A stretch of DNA of 64,000 bases from the human T2T-CHM13v2.0 reference genome, Homo sapiens. The position numbers were made by a program, and so were the translations under genes. Below are positions 1 through 12,680 of this stretch, one piece after another. The number at the start of each line of letters is the position of its first letter. Position 1 is the first letter of the stretch. The notes below the pieces were generated by a model, which saw only the letters and a list, made by a program, of their open reading frames with translations, was not told the DNA's origin and did not search any database. Where the stretch lies: assembly GCF_009914755.1 (NCBI RefSeq), contig NC_060944.1; one strand, 5' to 3'.

Positions 1-67
1 AAGAAGGAAAACATCGGGGCTCACTGGGGACCAGGCTGTGCGTTCATAGCTGGACGGAGAGCTCAGG

Positions 68-130
68 CGTGTGTATGTGCGTGTGTGCATGTGTGTGCAT
101 CTGCGTGTGTGTGCATGTGTGTGTGTGCAC
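68..130. repeat. Degenerate (TG)n microsatellite
   Basis: gtgtgtatgtgcgtgtgtgcatgtgtgtgc... read directly. Confidence 0.9.
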
Positions 131-341
131 GTATGGGGTGGGGGAGACGGGGGTGGCATCAAGACCCAGGAGCCACAAGAGTGAGGAAGAGGGAAGGGGT
201 GGGCTTCCAGGGACAGGAGGCAGTCAGAGCCTGGTTCTGGCGCCCAAGTGGGGATTGGGGCAGGGGGGATAAGAGGCCTGCCCTCCCTCCTGGGGGCCCA
301 GCGGCAGCCAGGGATGATTTCCTGGGATGTTTTAAAAATCA

Positions 342-347
342 TTTATT
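342..347 (-). terminator. Poly(A) signal AATAAA (minus strand)
   Basis: tttatt on + strand; matches the predicted LINC01271 3' end. Confidence 0.55.
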
Positions 348-546
348 TCTAGAAAAGTCTTTCATCATTTCCCTTCAGGTCACGGAGGCTGAGATGGCTG
401 ACGGGGTAGGTGGCTGTGGCCTGATGTGTCACTTTTGGCCTCAAACTGAGGCAATGGGGACGAAGTGGCTGCGAGGCGCAGTATCTGGCATATGTGTGAG
501 AAACAACCACAGTGCCCTGGGGAGGGGCCACGTCCTCACCCCGCAC

Positions 547-897
547 TGCCAGGGTCTCAGCGTGTCTCCCAAAGGTCATGTGGGCCTTTAAGAGGTGGTT
601 GGGTCCTGAGAGCTCTGCCCTTATGAATGGATTAGTATCATTATTGCAGGAGTGGCTTCATGATGGAGAGAGTGGATTTGTCATGAAAGTGAGTTCGGCC
701 ATTCCTTGCTGTCTCACGTGCCACCTCTTGCCATGGGATGCCCTCGCCATGGGATGACAGCAAGAAGGCCCTTGCTTGAGTGAGCCCCTCCATCTTCGGC
801 TCTCCGGCCTCCAGGACTGTTAGAAATACATCTCTGTTCTTTGTAAATTACCCAGGCTGTAGTACTCTGTTATAGCAACACAAAACAGACTAAGACA
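547..897 (+). mobile_element. MaLR solo LTR, MSTD-like, nested in a MIR
   Basis: TG...CA ends; ctctgcccttatgaatggatta, gcaagaaggccct, ...tatagcaacacaaaacagactaagaca match the MST consensus. Confidence 0.85.
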
Positions 898-1699
898 CTA
901 CTATGTAGATGAAGAAACAGGCCCAAGAGGTGAGGAGTGTTGTCCAGGTCTTCTGGCCAGAGGAGCGGCAGAGATGGGATTTCAACCCTGGGACTGTGTG
1001 GCTTGTGACCACTCCTAGCTTCAGCCCTGCCCGGTGCTGAGGGGTTTGGGGCCAGAACGATGGCCAGATGTTTGGGCACACTGGGCCCTACCCACCTGGA
1101 AAGAGGCTGGCCTGGGGTTGAATGAGAACCAGAAGTGACTCAGGCTAGGACCCCTCTGCACCCTCCCTCAGGCCGTGGGTAATTACCTGCCCAGGTTAAT
1201 AGCGCCCACTTCCCGCCACCTTTCATCAAGGCTCCTGGAGCTGCCAGGCAGTAATTAACCCTCACAGCACCCTTCTGAAGTCAGCACTGGAGGCAGACGT
1301 GTGATGAAACACGTTTATTACAGGTAGGTAAACTGAGGCAGAACCCATTGCAGCCTGGGAGCCTAGCCTGTTGTTCCCCTGTGACTCAGCAGCTCAATCA
1401 ATCTCTGCTTTCTTCCCACAGGAAGCACCAGTTAGCCCAGATGCTTCTCATCTTTGGAGTTGAGCTGCAGGCTGGAGACCTGGAAGGCCCTCGCAGCGCC
1501 TGCTCCCATCCTCTCACCTCACGAAAGCGCAGGAATGTGGGTTTGGAGCCAATGAAAAGTACTGGAATCTGGCTCTGCTCTGTGACCCTGGACAAGTCAC
1601 TGCCCCTCTCTGGGCTTCAGTTTCCTCCTTGGTAACACAGAATGATTATACCTACCCCTTGGGTTTGTTGACCTGAATCTACCCCTCAGTCATTGCCTT

Positions 1700-2070
1700 T
1701 CCTTCTTGCTGCAGCCACACTGGCCCCTTGACAGTTCCTTGAACACAACAAGCCCTTTCCCACCTCAGGGCCTTTGCATGTGCAGTGCCAGATGCCTGGA
1801 ATGTCCTTCCTTCCAATCTCCCCATGGCCGGCTCATTCTCATCTTTCTTGGCTCAAATGTTACCTCCCCAACCTAGACAGCACCGCTGCCACCTCTTCAC
1901 CCCGTCTTACTCTTCTTCAAGCACTTCTGGAGGTATCTTGCTATTTATCTTGTTTATATCTTTTTCAGCTCCATGAGGGCAGGGGATTTTGTCTGTTTCA
2001 TTCACAATGTGTTCCCAGAGCTCAGCACAGTGTCAGGCACACACTAGGTGAGTAAGAAACAATTGCTTCC
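1700..2070 (+). mobile_element. L2 3' fragment
   Basis: cctcagggcctttgcatgtgc ... ccatgagggcaggg ... cacagtgtcaggcac. Confidence 0.8.
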
Positions 2071-2989
2071 TCTACCTCTTCCCCTGCTAGCCCCAAGTTC
2101 AGCTAACTGGCTGTGTGACCCTGGGGATTGCTTTTCACCTCTCTGGTCCCTTATTCTCCCTTGTGGACAAAGGATGGCCTGGGCATGAGTTTCTTCAAGG
2201 ACTCGGGTAGCAGTGAAATCCCTGGGACCCTAGCCTCAGTACCTCCCCAGGCAATGGGGTAGAGAGCAAGAAGGCAGGTGAGCAAGGACCAGCCTCCGCC
2301 ACGCAGACACCCTCTTTCCGGCTTCTCTGTCCTCCTACTTTGCCCTGGGTTTGTGGACTTACTCTGGGCAGATCTCCACGACCAACCACCCCCTCCCTTG
2401 GCATGTCTGTCAGCACCCTTGGGGGAAAGAATTTGGAAAGGGGAGGGAGAAAAAGAAAGCAGGGTGCGAGGGGCTGGTTCCCACACCTGTGTAAATAATT
2501 TGTCATCTTAAAATGCTCAAGTATGCTCACCTTTAATGCCTGGTTCTTGGGCTTATTTTCCTTGGCAAGGCCCCCACGGGAGTGGAATTTCGGCCAAAGG
2601 GAGCCCAGTTGTCATCTTCTAAACATGTTCCCAGGCCGGGGGCCGGGGAGGGCTCTGGCTGATGCTCCACTTCCGTCCCCAGAAGTGCTGGAACGTTCCT
2701 GGGATCTAGGGAGCTGACTCCAGTCCTGGAAGCTGTCCCAGAATTCTGGAATGTTGGAATTCAAACGGCCTCCTGCCCATTTTCCGGAGGAGGAACATAA
2801 GACCCAGAGAGGGGAAGGGGTTGGCCTGAGGTCATACAATGTGCAGAGACGAGCTAGAGTTTGCTGGGAGAAGGTGCGGGTGTGTGGACAAGTCAGCATC
2901 TATCTCCCATTTTCAGGTAACAGCACCTCGACTTCCTACTGAAGAACCCCCTCTTCCCTTTTCTCAGTCCATGAGGCTGGGGGTGCCCA

Positions 2990-3372
2990 GAGGCCTCTGT
3001 CTCCAGGGGTGGACATGTGACCGGGTCTTGCTCTAGTGATTGGTCCAGGGATGGGCACATGACTGAGCCTGCCCAATGAAACTTGATCTTGGGACTTCAG
3101 GGTTGGCCATGATTTGTGAAGGAGATGCCATTTTCCATTGGATGGACAGTGAGCAAGTGAACGCTTAGAGAAGAAGAGGACAAAACAAGGGAAAAGCCTG
3201 CCTGACAGGAAGCAGCACAGAGCTGGACAGGCTTTGAACTCCTGGATCCCACTGTACCTGAAATTAGGCACCTTCAACTTTCTAGTTATGTGAGCCACTG
3301 TCTTTCCCATTTTTGGCTGAAAACAGTTGGGACTGGCTTTCTGTCCCTTGCATACAGAAGGTGCTGACTGAC
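2990..3372 (+). mobile_element. MLT1 (K/L-like) MaLR LTR fragment
   Basis: gattggtccagggatgggcacatgact...; 3' end tttctgtcccttgcatacagaaggtgctgactgac. Confidence 0.65.
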
Positions 3373-4199
3373 CCCTGCCCCATGGAAGAAGATACTCCAG
3401 GCAGAGGAAATAGTGTGTATAGACACCCCTAAGCGAATGCCAAGCGGGGCACTCATGTACCAAGAAGAAGGAGGAGGAGGCACCTGGGAGCTGAGCTTAA
3501 GAGTTAGTCGGGTGGTCAAGGTGGGAGAAGGGGGTATCTTTAGCAGAGGGAACAACCATTGCAAAAGCTTGGAGGGGTGACTAGTTAGTGAAGATCAACT
3601 GTGTGCTGAGCTCGTGTTGGGTGGCAAGGGACACAGACGAAAAGGGCACGGTGGAACCCAGCTACTTCTCACCTGCTCCAGCGCAGTGCAGGCTTGTCTG
3701 CTTTTGGAGCCGAGCCTGGACACCTCCGTGTCCTTCCCCCGGCAGAGTGCTGCCAGCACGCTGTCTCAGACTCTCCAGCATCTCCTGGTTGATGTGCATC
3801 ATGGGGACCACACAAGATTATTTTATAGGCTGCACAGGCAAAGCATAAAATCACCTCGGGTCACATAGCGAGAGTTATTCTCTCTGCAAATTCTTTACAG
3901 TCTTTCCTTTATATCCAGAAGAGTCTCTGTGTGGTGCTAACTTGCCTCGAAGACCAAATAATTGCTAGTCTCCCTTTGTGAAAAGGAGAGCAGGTGTCAG
4001 GCTCATTCATGTCTCAGGCACACAATTGTATCTAGCTAGACTTTTCAAAATGTCCTATAGAGCTGCAGCACATATGAATGAGGTGTCCAGCTGGTCCCAA
4101 ACCTGTAATCGGCACCCCAGTGAGCAGACTGGACATCCCCACCCCCACAGCTGCCCTTTCTCCCCTCCACTCATGTTCCCTCTAGGGCCACCACGATCC

Positions 4200-5065
4200 C
4201 GACTTGTATCACCACAGATGAGTTTCACATGTTTTTGAATTTTACATCTTATCTGTTTTCTGTTCCTATACAAGTTTGCCTTTTTTGAATTCCATATAAG
4301 TGGGATTCTACAATGTGTTATCTCAATTTGAGTCTGTTTTTTTTTTCCTGCTCAGCATGATGTTTTTGAGATGCATATATGCGGTTTTGTGTATCTGTAG
4401 ATGGTTCTTTTTTATTGCAGAATAATGTTCCAGGGTATGGATGTACCAAAGCTTGTTCATCCATTCACCAGCTGAGGGATATTTGGACTGTTTCCAGTTT
4501 TCAGCCATTATAAATAAAGCCACTAGAAACATTTGCAAACAGGTTTTTATGTGAACATAAATTTTTGTTTATCTTGGGTAAATTTCTAGGAGTGGAATTG
4601 CTGGGCCAGGTGGCCAAGTGTATGTTTCACTTTATCAGAAACCGCTGAGCTGTTTTCCAAGGTGTCTGTACCATTTTTCATCCCTACCAGCAATGTATGA
4701 AAGTGTCAGTTGCTTCGTATTCTCACCAGCACTTGGTGGTGTTAGTTTTTTGTGTGTGTACATGTGTTTTACTTTTAGTCATTCAAATAGGTGATAATAG
4801 TATCTCATTGTGGTGTTAGTTTGCATTTCCCTAATGACTAATGATGTTGAACATCTTTGTATGTGTTTCTTTGCCATCCGTATATTTTCTTTGGTGTAGT
4901 ATCTGTTCAAACTTTATGTCAGTTAAAAAAAAAGACCCAATTGTTTTCTTCTTAATAGATTTGGAGAGTTCTTTATATATATTCTGGATACTAGTCAAGC
5001 CTTTGTGAAATATGTGATTTGCAAATATTTTCTCCTGTTCTGTGGCTTGTCTTTTTATTCTTTCA
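4200..5065 (-). mobile_element. Old L1M ORF2 end/3'UTR, antisense
   Basis: ORF 4323..4538 gives LFIMAENWKQSKYPSAGEWMNKLWYIHTLEHYSAIKKN, the L1 ORF2p C-terminal motif. Confidence 0.9.
4513..4518 (+). terminator. Poly(A) signal AATAAA inside antisense L1
   Basis: Seen directly; ~22 nt upstream of the predicted LINC01270 end. Confidence 0.5.
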
Positions 5066-5979
5066 ATAGGTAGACTTTAATAACATCGTTTTGTTTTCTT
5101 TTTAAGTATTTTTCTGGTTATCTTTGATTTGTGGCATGTATTCTTTGGTTTTTCAATTTTAGTGATAACACCAAATGTTTTCTTTTAAAATGAATTTATT
5201 TAAGTAAAAACGTCAGTAAATTTGAAGAAACACATTAAATAAGGAATAGTAGAAGTGGACAGTAGACAGCATAAAAATCGTGAAGGCAGTTTCCAATTTG
5301 CATAACCAAAGTGTGGGCAGCTCCGATTCGTTCGTCAACAAATACTGATGGAGCCCCCACTGTCCACCAGGCTCTGAGCCAGGTGCTGGGGACACAGCAC
5401 CAAGCGAGATAGTTGTTTGCTCTTTTAATGCTGGTTTTTCTCCAGTGAGTCTCTCTTCATCTTTCAAAAGCCAATTTGAATGACCCTTCCTTCATCCAGA
5501 CCTTCCCTGGAATGTTTGTCACACTCTACTGCAAATTTCTATTTCTGTATCTCCCAGGCAAGGGGCATGTCGGGCAGCCTCTGGTAGGGTTGTAGAGAGC
5601 TTGGTGCATAGATATCTCAATAAATAGCCTCTCACATAGTACAAGCTATGATGAGGTGCTGAAGACCAGTTGCTGATTCAATTGGTTGAAACTAGCCAGG
5701 CCTGATGAAGGGGCCTGAGGACCTTCCCTGCTGCAGTCTGGCTGACCCCAAGCAAACCAAAGTCTCTCCCCTTGGCCTCCCCTCCCACATAAAGATACCA
5801 AGAGAAAAAGCCTCCCAAACCCACTGCCTTCAGCCTCTGCTATTTGCTTCCCATCCAGTGCCCATGGATGCCTTTCCTGCAAGACACAGTATTCACACAG
5901 ACACTTACCAGGCATCTTTGTTCTGACCTGCCCCAGGACCACCACTTTCACCTTGGCCTCTTACCACCATTCCCCTGTT

Positions 5980-6725
<746 letters not shown>

Positions 6726-6938
6726 GCTCATGAGCTCTCCCTTCTCCAGATGCACTCACGGCAAAGTTGAACCCATCTATCTGCCCATGCGTCAGGCTAG
6801 TTGTCCTGTGGGCCCCTCCTGGGTGGGTACTGAGGGATGCCCACTGGGTCCAGCCAGGCCTGTGTCTTGTCAGCTGCCCAGGCTAAGGGACTTTCCATTG
6901 TCCTTGGAGTTGGCCTGTGGAAAGTTGTTCTCAGGACC

Positions 6939-7104
6939 TCGTGAGCCTGGGGCCATGGATGGGGCTAAAGGTAACTGCAAGGTATAGGGACCCGGCGTGA
7001 AATTCCATCAGTTAACACTGTAAGTGAGGCTTTCCAGCTCCCTTTCGTCCTCCCTGTGATGCCAAGGGGAGGGAGAAACTCCACGTGGGGCTTGTGTGTC
7101 TTGA
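6939..7104 (+). repeat. Local direct duplication, copy 1 (166 bp)
   Basis: 160/166 identical to 9566-9731. Confidence 0.95.
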
Positions 7105-7239
7105 GCACCTTCCTACCACCTGCTTTTTCTTCGGAAGAAACAGAGCAGATCCCAAGTACAAGCCGTCATCGGCAATAGTAGCTGGCTTTGTTTCACTTTT
7201 TTGTATATTTCACCAATTGTCTTCCATTTGCAGCAAGTG

Positions 7240-7690
7240 CCTTAGATTGGGTGCCTGCAAGCAGACCTTAACAGAATAAACTGAAGGCAAGTAGCCTATT
7301 TGGGAGATGCCTCCAGAAAGCACTGGTAGGGAAGTGAGATCAGGGAGGAAGGGCTGCCAATCTCAAGAGCGCTACCAAGCCAGTAACCACTTAGGCAGCT
7401 GGGGCTCGGTCCTGCTGTGGCACGCTGGGAGCCCATGTAGTAACGGAGTTAGCCCCCCAGGGGCGGAGATCGGGTGGTCAGGGAGCTGGGGAAGGGACAT
7501 GTCAGCTCCTGCCTATCATTGCTTGACAGCTGCCGCTTGGAGTGTTAGTTCCCAGCACATCCAGCCTGCCCCATGAGCAAAGCTCACAGGTGAAGGGGAC
7601 AGGTGCTGCAGGTGGAATCCTGTCTGTGTTCACCGGAGAAAAGGGAGAGGAGGTATGGGCAGGGCACAGACAACAAAGGCCTCACAGTCA
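7240..7690. mobile_element. ERVL-class LTR, LTR79-like
   Basis: gcaagtagcctatttgggag...cagaaagcactggtagggaagtgaga; related to 21880-22310. Confidence 0.55.
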
Positions 7691-8074
7691 ACACTGGTTC
7701 CTCATTTAAAGCCAGGATAAAATGAGTTCATTTAAAATTAAGTTTTCGCAAACATTTAAAAAGCGAATTGATGGAAAGAGTAGGTAATACCTGCAGGTGA
7801 AATGTGAACATGGCAAATGCTGCTATTTTTCAAGGCGTCCAAAGCCTTTAATAGGCAAACAGTGTTCTTCACGACCCACAAGAATGGCGTGTTTGGGGCG
7901 GTGAAAACACTCTCCCTTTCCTCCCAGCATGCCAGGCTCATGCTCACTCCTAACACTGCCCAGGACCCCTGGGAGTCCTGGAAATGGGCCATGAGGCTTG
8001 GAGGCAGAAGCCCTGTGTGACTTGGGGTTTGTCCCTTAACATCTCTGGGCCTGTCTGTTAAAAGGGGATGTTCT

Positions 8075-8260
8075 CAAGTCACATAAAAGAGTAAATGTGC
8101 AAAAATAGTCAAAGCAATGCTGAAAGAAGAACTAAGAGAGAGGACTTGTCCGTCCAGACATTAGAATATATGACAAAGGCATAGAAATAAAACAGTTTGG
8201 TATTGGCATCTAAGTGGACAAATACATCACGGGAACAGAATAGCATCCAGGAATTAACCC
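8075..8260 (+). mobile_element. Old L1M ORF2 fragment
   Basis: aatagtcaaagcaatgctgaaa...aaaacagtttggtattggc...ggaacagaatag. Confidence 0.7.
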
Positions 8261-8804
8261 GGCTATCACCTGGCCTACCTCCACTCATAGATGTGAAAGG
8301 ATTTAGAAAAGGGAAGAGATTGGCAGGCATGGGATTCTCTGGATTATGTTATGTCTGGGCTGGTGAAGAAGCTTCCAACAGGCTCCCCATCTGCAGCCCT
8401 CCCCTCTAACCTACCAGCCATGGCACCAGGGACACTCACTGTCATGAGCTGCACTCACCCCCGCTCTGCTCTGGAAATATCAGAGCCTCCCACGCAAGAT
8501 GGGTTAGACCACAGTTGTCACCATTCCTCCTTTTGCACTTCTCTTTGATTCTTCTGATTAACCCAAGGAGAAAGTCTCAGGCGGGCGCGGCTGGACTTGA
8601 ATACCTCTCCCACGTTTGCTCGTCTCCCTTTATGAGGCAGAGCTGGCCTTAAGCTCAGGGCCTTCAGCAGGCAGGAGAATGGAGCAAGAATTTGGTAACG
8701 TTCTTTTGTGATTGTTGTTTTAAGGTTACTTTCTCTTTACAGAAATGAAAAGTTGTTTCCTCCTTCTGATAGTAACACAAATTTTCCTTTTAAAATAATT
8801 TTTT

Positions 8805-9450
8805 CTAATCCATATTACAATGAGAATGAACCTCCAAAACATGATGCTAAGTGAAAAAAGCCAGACACAGAGGTCTTTTTTTTTTTTTTTTTTTTTTTTT
8901 TGAGACAGGTTCTTGCTCTGTTGCCCAGGCTGGAGTGCAGTGGTGTGATCTCGGCTCATTGCAACATCTGCCTCCCAGGCTCAATGATTCTCTCACCTCA
9001 GCCTCCCCAGTAGCTGGTACTACAGGTGCGTGCCACCACACCTGGCTAATTTTTGTATTTTTTGTAGAGGCAGGGTCTCCCTATTTTGCACAGGCTGGTC
9101 TCAAACTCCTGGGCTGAAGAAATCCTTCCGCCTCAGTCTCCCAAAGTGCTGGGACTACAGGCGTGGGCCACCATGCCTGGCCAGAAGGTCACATATTGTA
9201 TGATTCCCTTTCCAGGAAATCTCCAAAATAGGTACATCCATTGAGACCAGTGAAGAATGGTGGTTGTTAGGGGAATGGGGAGCGGCTGCTTTATGGTCAC
9301 AGGGTCTCCTTTTGGGGTGATGAAAATGTTTTGTGATTAGCTAGAGGTGATGGTTGCAGAACACAATGCAAAAATGCCACCGAAATGTTCACTTTAAAAT
9401 GCTTAATATGATGCTATGTGAACTTCGTCTCAGTAAGTTATTTTTTTAAA
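8805..9450 (+). mobile_element. L1MB 3' end interrupted by an Alu
   Basis: atgctaagtgaaaaaagccagacac|aggtcacatattgtatgattcc...ggtgatgaaaatgtt...cactttaaaatg. Confidence 0.85.
8876..9182 (-). mobile_element. Alu (AluJ/S)
   Basis: Full-length antisense dimer with poly-T. Confidence 0.95.
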
Positions 9451-9565
9451 AAACCAGTGGAGTAAACCAAAAAATCAATTTACTTAAGAAAAGGTATGAA
9501 TGGCTTTAAAGATGGCTTTTAAGTGACGTGTGGGAGACAGTGGCTAAGGGGATGATTCTCACCCA

Positions 9566-9731
9566 TCGTGAGCCTGGGACCATGGATGGGGCCAGAGGTA
9601 GCTGCAAGGTACAGGGACCCGGCGTGAAATTCCATCAGTTAACACTGTAGGTGAGGCTTTCCAGCTCCCTTTCGTCCTCCCTGTGATGCCAAGGGGAGGG
9701 AGAAACTCCACGTGGGGCTTGTGTGTCTTGA
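9566..9731 (+). repeat. Local direct duplication, copy 2 (166 bp)
   Basis: 160/166 identical to 6939-7104. Confidence 0.95.
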
Positions 9732-10289
9732 ACACACATTGGCTTATACCTTGCTCAGGCCTGGAAGGCCCTCTGCTCACTGACGGAATCCTATGCATCC
9801 CTGGGAACCCAGCTCAAGCCTCACCTCTACGGGAAGCCCTTCCTGATTACACAGGTGGTCAGGCGGGGTCAGTCCTGCAGCCCTTCAGACCCGGTTGTGA
9901 ATCCCAGTCTTGCCACTTACTAGTGGGAGGAGTCTCTTAACTTAGACATATTGTTTGACTAAGAGGGCCTCAGTTTCCTTATCTGGAAAATGGGGGCTTA
10001 TGATAGCTCTTATCTCACTAGGTTGAGCTCCTACATAGAAAGTTTTAGGACAGAACCTGGGGAGATGTAGCTGCCCTTCATTCACACTTCAGTCTGACAC
10101 TGATCACATCACAGTTGCATTCCTTTTCCTCCTGTCTCCTACACTGTGGGCAAGGGCTCAGCCTTTGTGATCTCTGTATCATGTTGCTGTACAGAACTCA
10201 CACACAGTAGGCACCCAAGAAGGGCGGGTTGGCTGACGTGCAGAGGAACTCCCAGAATTCCACCTCTTCTCTCACCTCCACGGTCCCCA

Positions 10290-10745
10290 CCCTGGTCCAG
10301 ACCCTGCATGGCTTACCTGGACTATTGTGGTCTCCTCCTCCCTGGTTTCCTGGCTTCTGTCCTGAATCCTCCACCTCCAATCCATTCCCCACATGCAGCC
10401 AGAGAGATCCCGTGAGAATCTAAGTCAGATCTCGTCCCTTCTCTGCCTGGAAACTTCCCACAGCTCTCACCTTGCTTAGAGGAAAAGCCAAAGTCCTTCC
10501 CGTGGCTCATCCACTGTGGGACATGCCCCAGGTCCTCTCTGCTCTCTGTTCCTCCTCCCCAAGGCCTCATCCCTACGACAGTCTCCTTGTTGTTGCTCCG
10601 ACACTCCAGGCTCCACCTCAGAACCTCGCATCTGCCGTTCTGGTTTCCTGGAGCACCCATTACCCCACACGGCCCGCTGCTCACTTCCTCACCTCCTCCA
10701 GGCCTCTGCTCAAATAGCACCTGCTAGGGAAGCTTCCCCCTGCTT
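10290..10745 (+). mobile_element. L2 fragment
   Basis: cctggactattg...ccacatgcagccagagagatc...aagtcagatc. Confidence 0.75.
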
Positions 10746-11140
10746 CCCAGGTTTTGCTGGACTCCAAAGCTCTTTTCTTCCCAGAGGCAAAGCCCTTGGC
10801 TGGGGTCCTGGGCCCAGCCCGGTGACTCAGGCGGAGAAGATGCTCCCAGGCCTCCCGCTGGATTTGGGGCCCAGGGTCAGCCATGGGGGTAGGCGGTACC
10901 TAGGCTGTACCTGGCGCAGAGGCCTCTGCCTGCCCCTGCCGTGGGAGGCAGCCCTGCCCTGCACACACGGGCTTCCAGGCTGCGGGTGGGAAAGCCCCAC
11001 ATCCTCCTCTGCTTACCTGACTCCAGCTGACTCAGACCCCCAGCCCTGGCCAGAGGGGAGCCGCAGCTGCTCCGCCCCTTGATGGGAAGCAGAGCTGTGG
11101 CTGTGAGGGCCTGGCTGGGCCAGACACTGACTCACCTCTC
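10720..11140. promoter_or_regulatory. Candidate promoter/enhancer with AP-1 x3 and NF-kB sites
   Basis: TGACTCA at 10823, 11028, 11128; GGGAAAGCCCC at 10988-10998; GGGAAGCTTCCC at 10727-10738. Confidence 0.5.
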
Positions 11141-11404
11141 TCTATCCCGCCCCTGCGCTGGGAGCCACGCCTCCCTCTGGCCAGAACCTCTTGGCCTTCT
11201 GCTGTGGGAGCTGCCCCAGGCGGAGTCTTCCCGAGGGGTGCCTTCTTCTGCCTCTGGGGGCCTTTCTGTTCCTTCAAGGCCCAGTTTGAGGGCCATCTCC
11301 TGCTAGGAAACATCAAATGCCCTCTGGCCAGAAGGGGAAAAGGATATGGGAGAGGTAAAATAATGATAATAATACCAGCAACAGTAATGAAAACAACTGT
11401 TATA

Positions 11405-11625
11405 CAAGAATAATAGCAGCTAGCCATGCTCACTGTGTGCCAGGCACTGTGCTAAACACTTCACATTTTAACTCATTCAATCCTCACAATAGTCCTATGA
11501 GGTAGGAACTCTCATTTCCCAAGGCACAGAGTGGTCAGTATCCAGCCCAAGGCTACCAGCCAGCCAGTGGGAGGAAGGGATGTGAATCTAGGCAGCTGGA
11601 CATTGAGTCGCATTCTCACCCCCAG
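11405..11625 (-). mobile_element. MIR (representative of ~25 MIR fragments in the window)
   Basis: tgtgccaggcactgtgctaa...ttaactcattcaatcctcacaa...cctatgaggtagg. Confidence 0.85.
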
Positions 11626-12267
11626 CTCTGAGAACCGAGTGGAGGCCCCCGAGGCTGGAACGCAGGGAGCTGGGAGGGAGGGGAGCCAGGTCCTGGGCTC
11701 TGTTCCAGTGCCCGTCCCCACAGTGGGATTTTAAGTCTCCCCAGGCAGAGGCCAGCCCCCTCTCTCCAGGGGAAGAACCTCCCAGAGGGAGGGCCCTGCC
11801 GCAGCACAGGCTGGTGCTTGTTCCCTCCATTGGAGTGGAGCTCAGAGCAGAGGGTCTGGGCAGTCTACCAACATTGCCCAGCCCCAAGTGATGCCAGCCC
11901 CTGCTCTGGGCAGCCACCAAACAGGAATTCACACAGGTAGGGCAGGGACCATGGCGTGGGCACTTAACCCATTCACCCTGCCAGCCACACTGTGAAGTGG
12001 GGACAGTACAAACATCCGTTTTACAGAGGAGGAGACTAAGGCTCAGGGTGGCAGGACTTGCTCAAGGCCACAGAGGCAGAACATGGTAGGAGCGAATTCA
12101 AACCCAGGATTGTTCTGATGCCACACGGTCAGAGTCCCTTCTACTGGGTGGTGACACAGCATCTCAGTGAAGAACAGGGCAGGGTGGGAAGGAGACGCAG
12201 GAAAAAGCCTGGAGCCTCAGTTCACATCACCCTCTCCCTCTGGCCTTCCACTAACCTGAACTCACCA

Positions 12268-12680
12268 GTCCATCTTTTCATTCCTTTACCCATACCTCCA
12301 CCTACCTACTCATCCACACATTCATCCGCCATCCAAACATCTCTCCATCTGTCCTTCCATTATTCCATCTATCCTTTCCATCCAACTCTCAGCCATCCCT
12401 CCACCCATCAAGACTTCCCTCCACCTGTCCTTCTATTCATCCACCCATCCATTCTTCTATTCCTCCTGCCTTCTATCTATTCAACCTTCCATTCATCCAT
12501 CTGTCCATCAGTTCAAATATCATCTATCCACCTCTCCTTCCTTCCAACCTCCAATCCATCCATCCAACCGTCCGCCCACCCATTCATCCATCCACTCATC
12601 CACCCACACATCCATCCATCCATTCATCCGCCCACCCACCCACTCATCCTCACATCCATCTACACATCCATTCATCCATA
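12268..12680 (+). repeat. Degenerate (CCAT)n array at an L2 tail
   Basis: ccatccatcc units read directly. Confidence 0.9.

Larger units (their letters stand above)
1..4540 (+). ncRNA. LINC01270: Probable 3' portion of lncRNA LINC01270
   Basis: Recalled end maps to ~4540 (unverified); AATAAA at 4513-4518; strong + acceptor ctctgctttcttcccacag ending at 1421. Confidence 0.5.
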
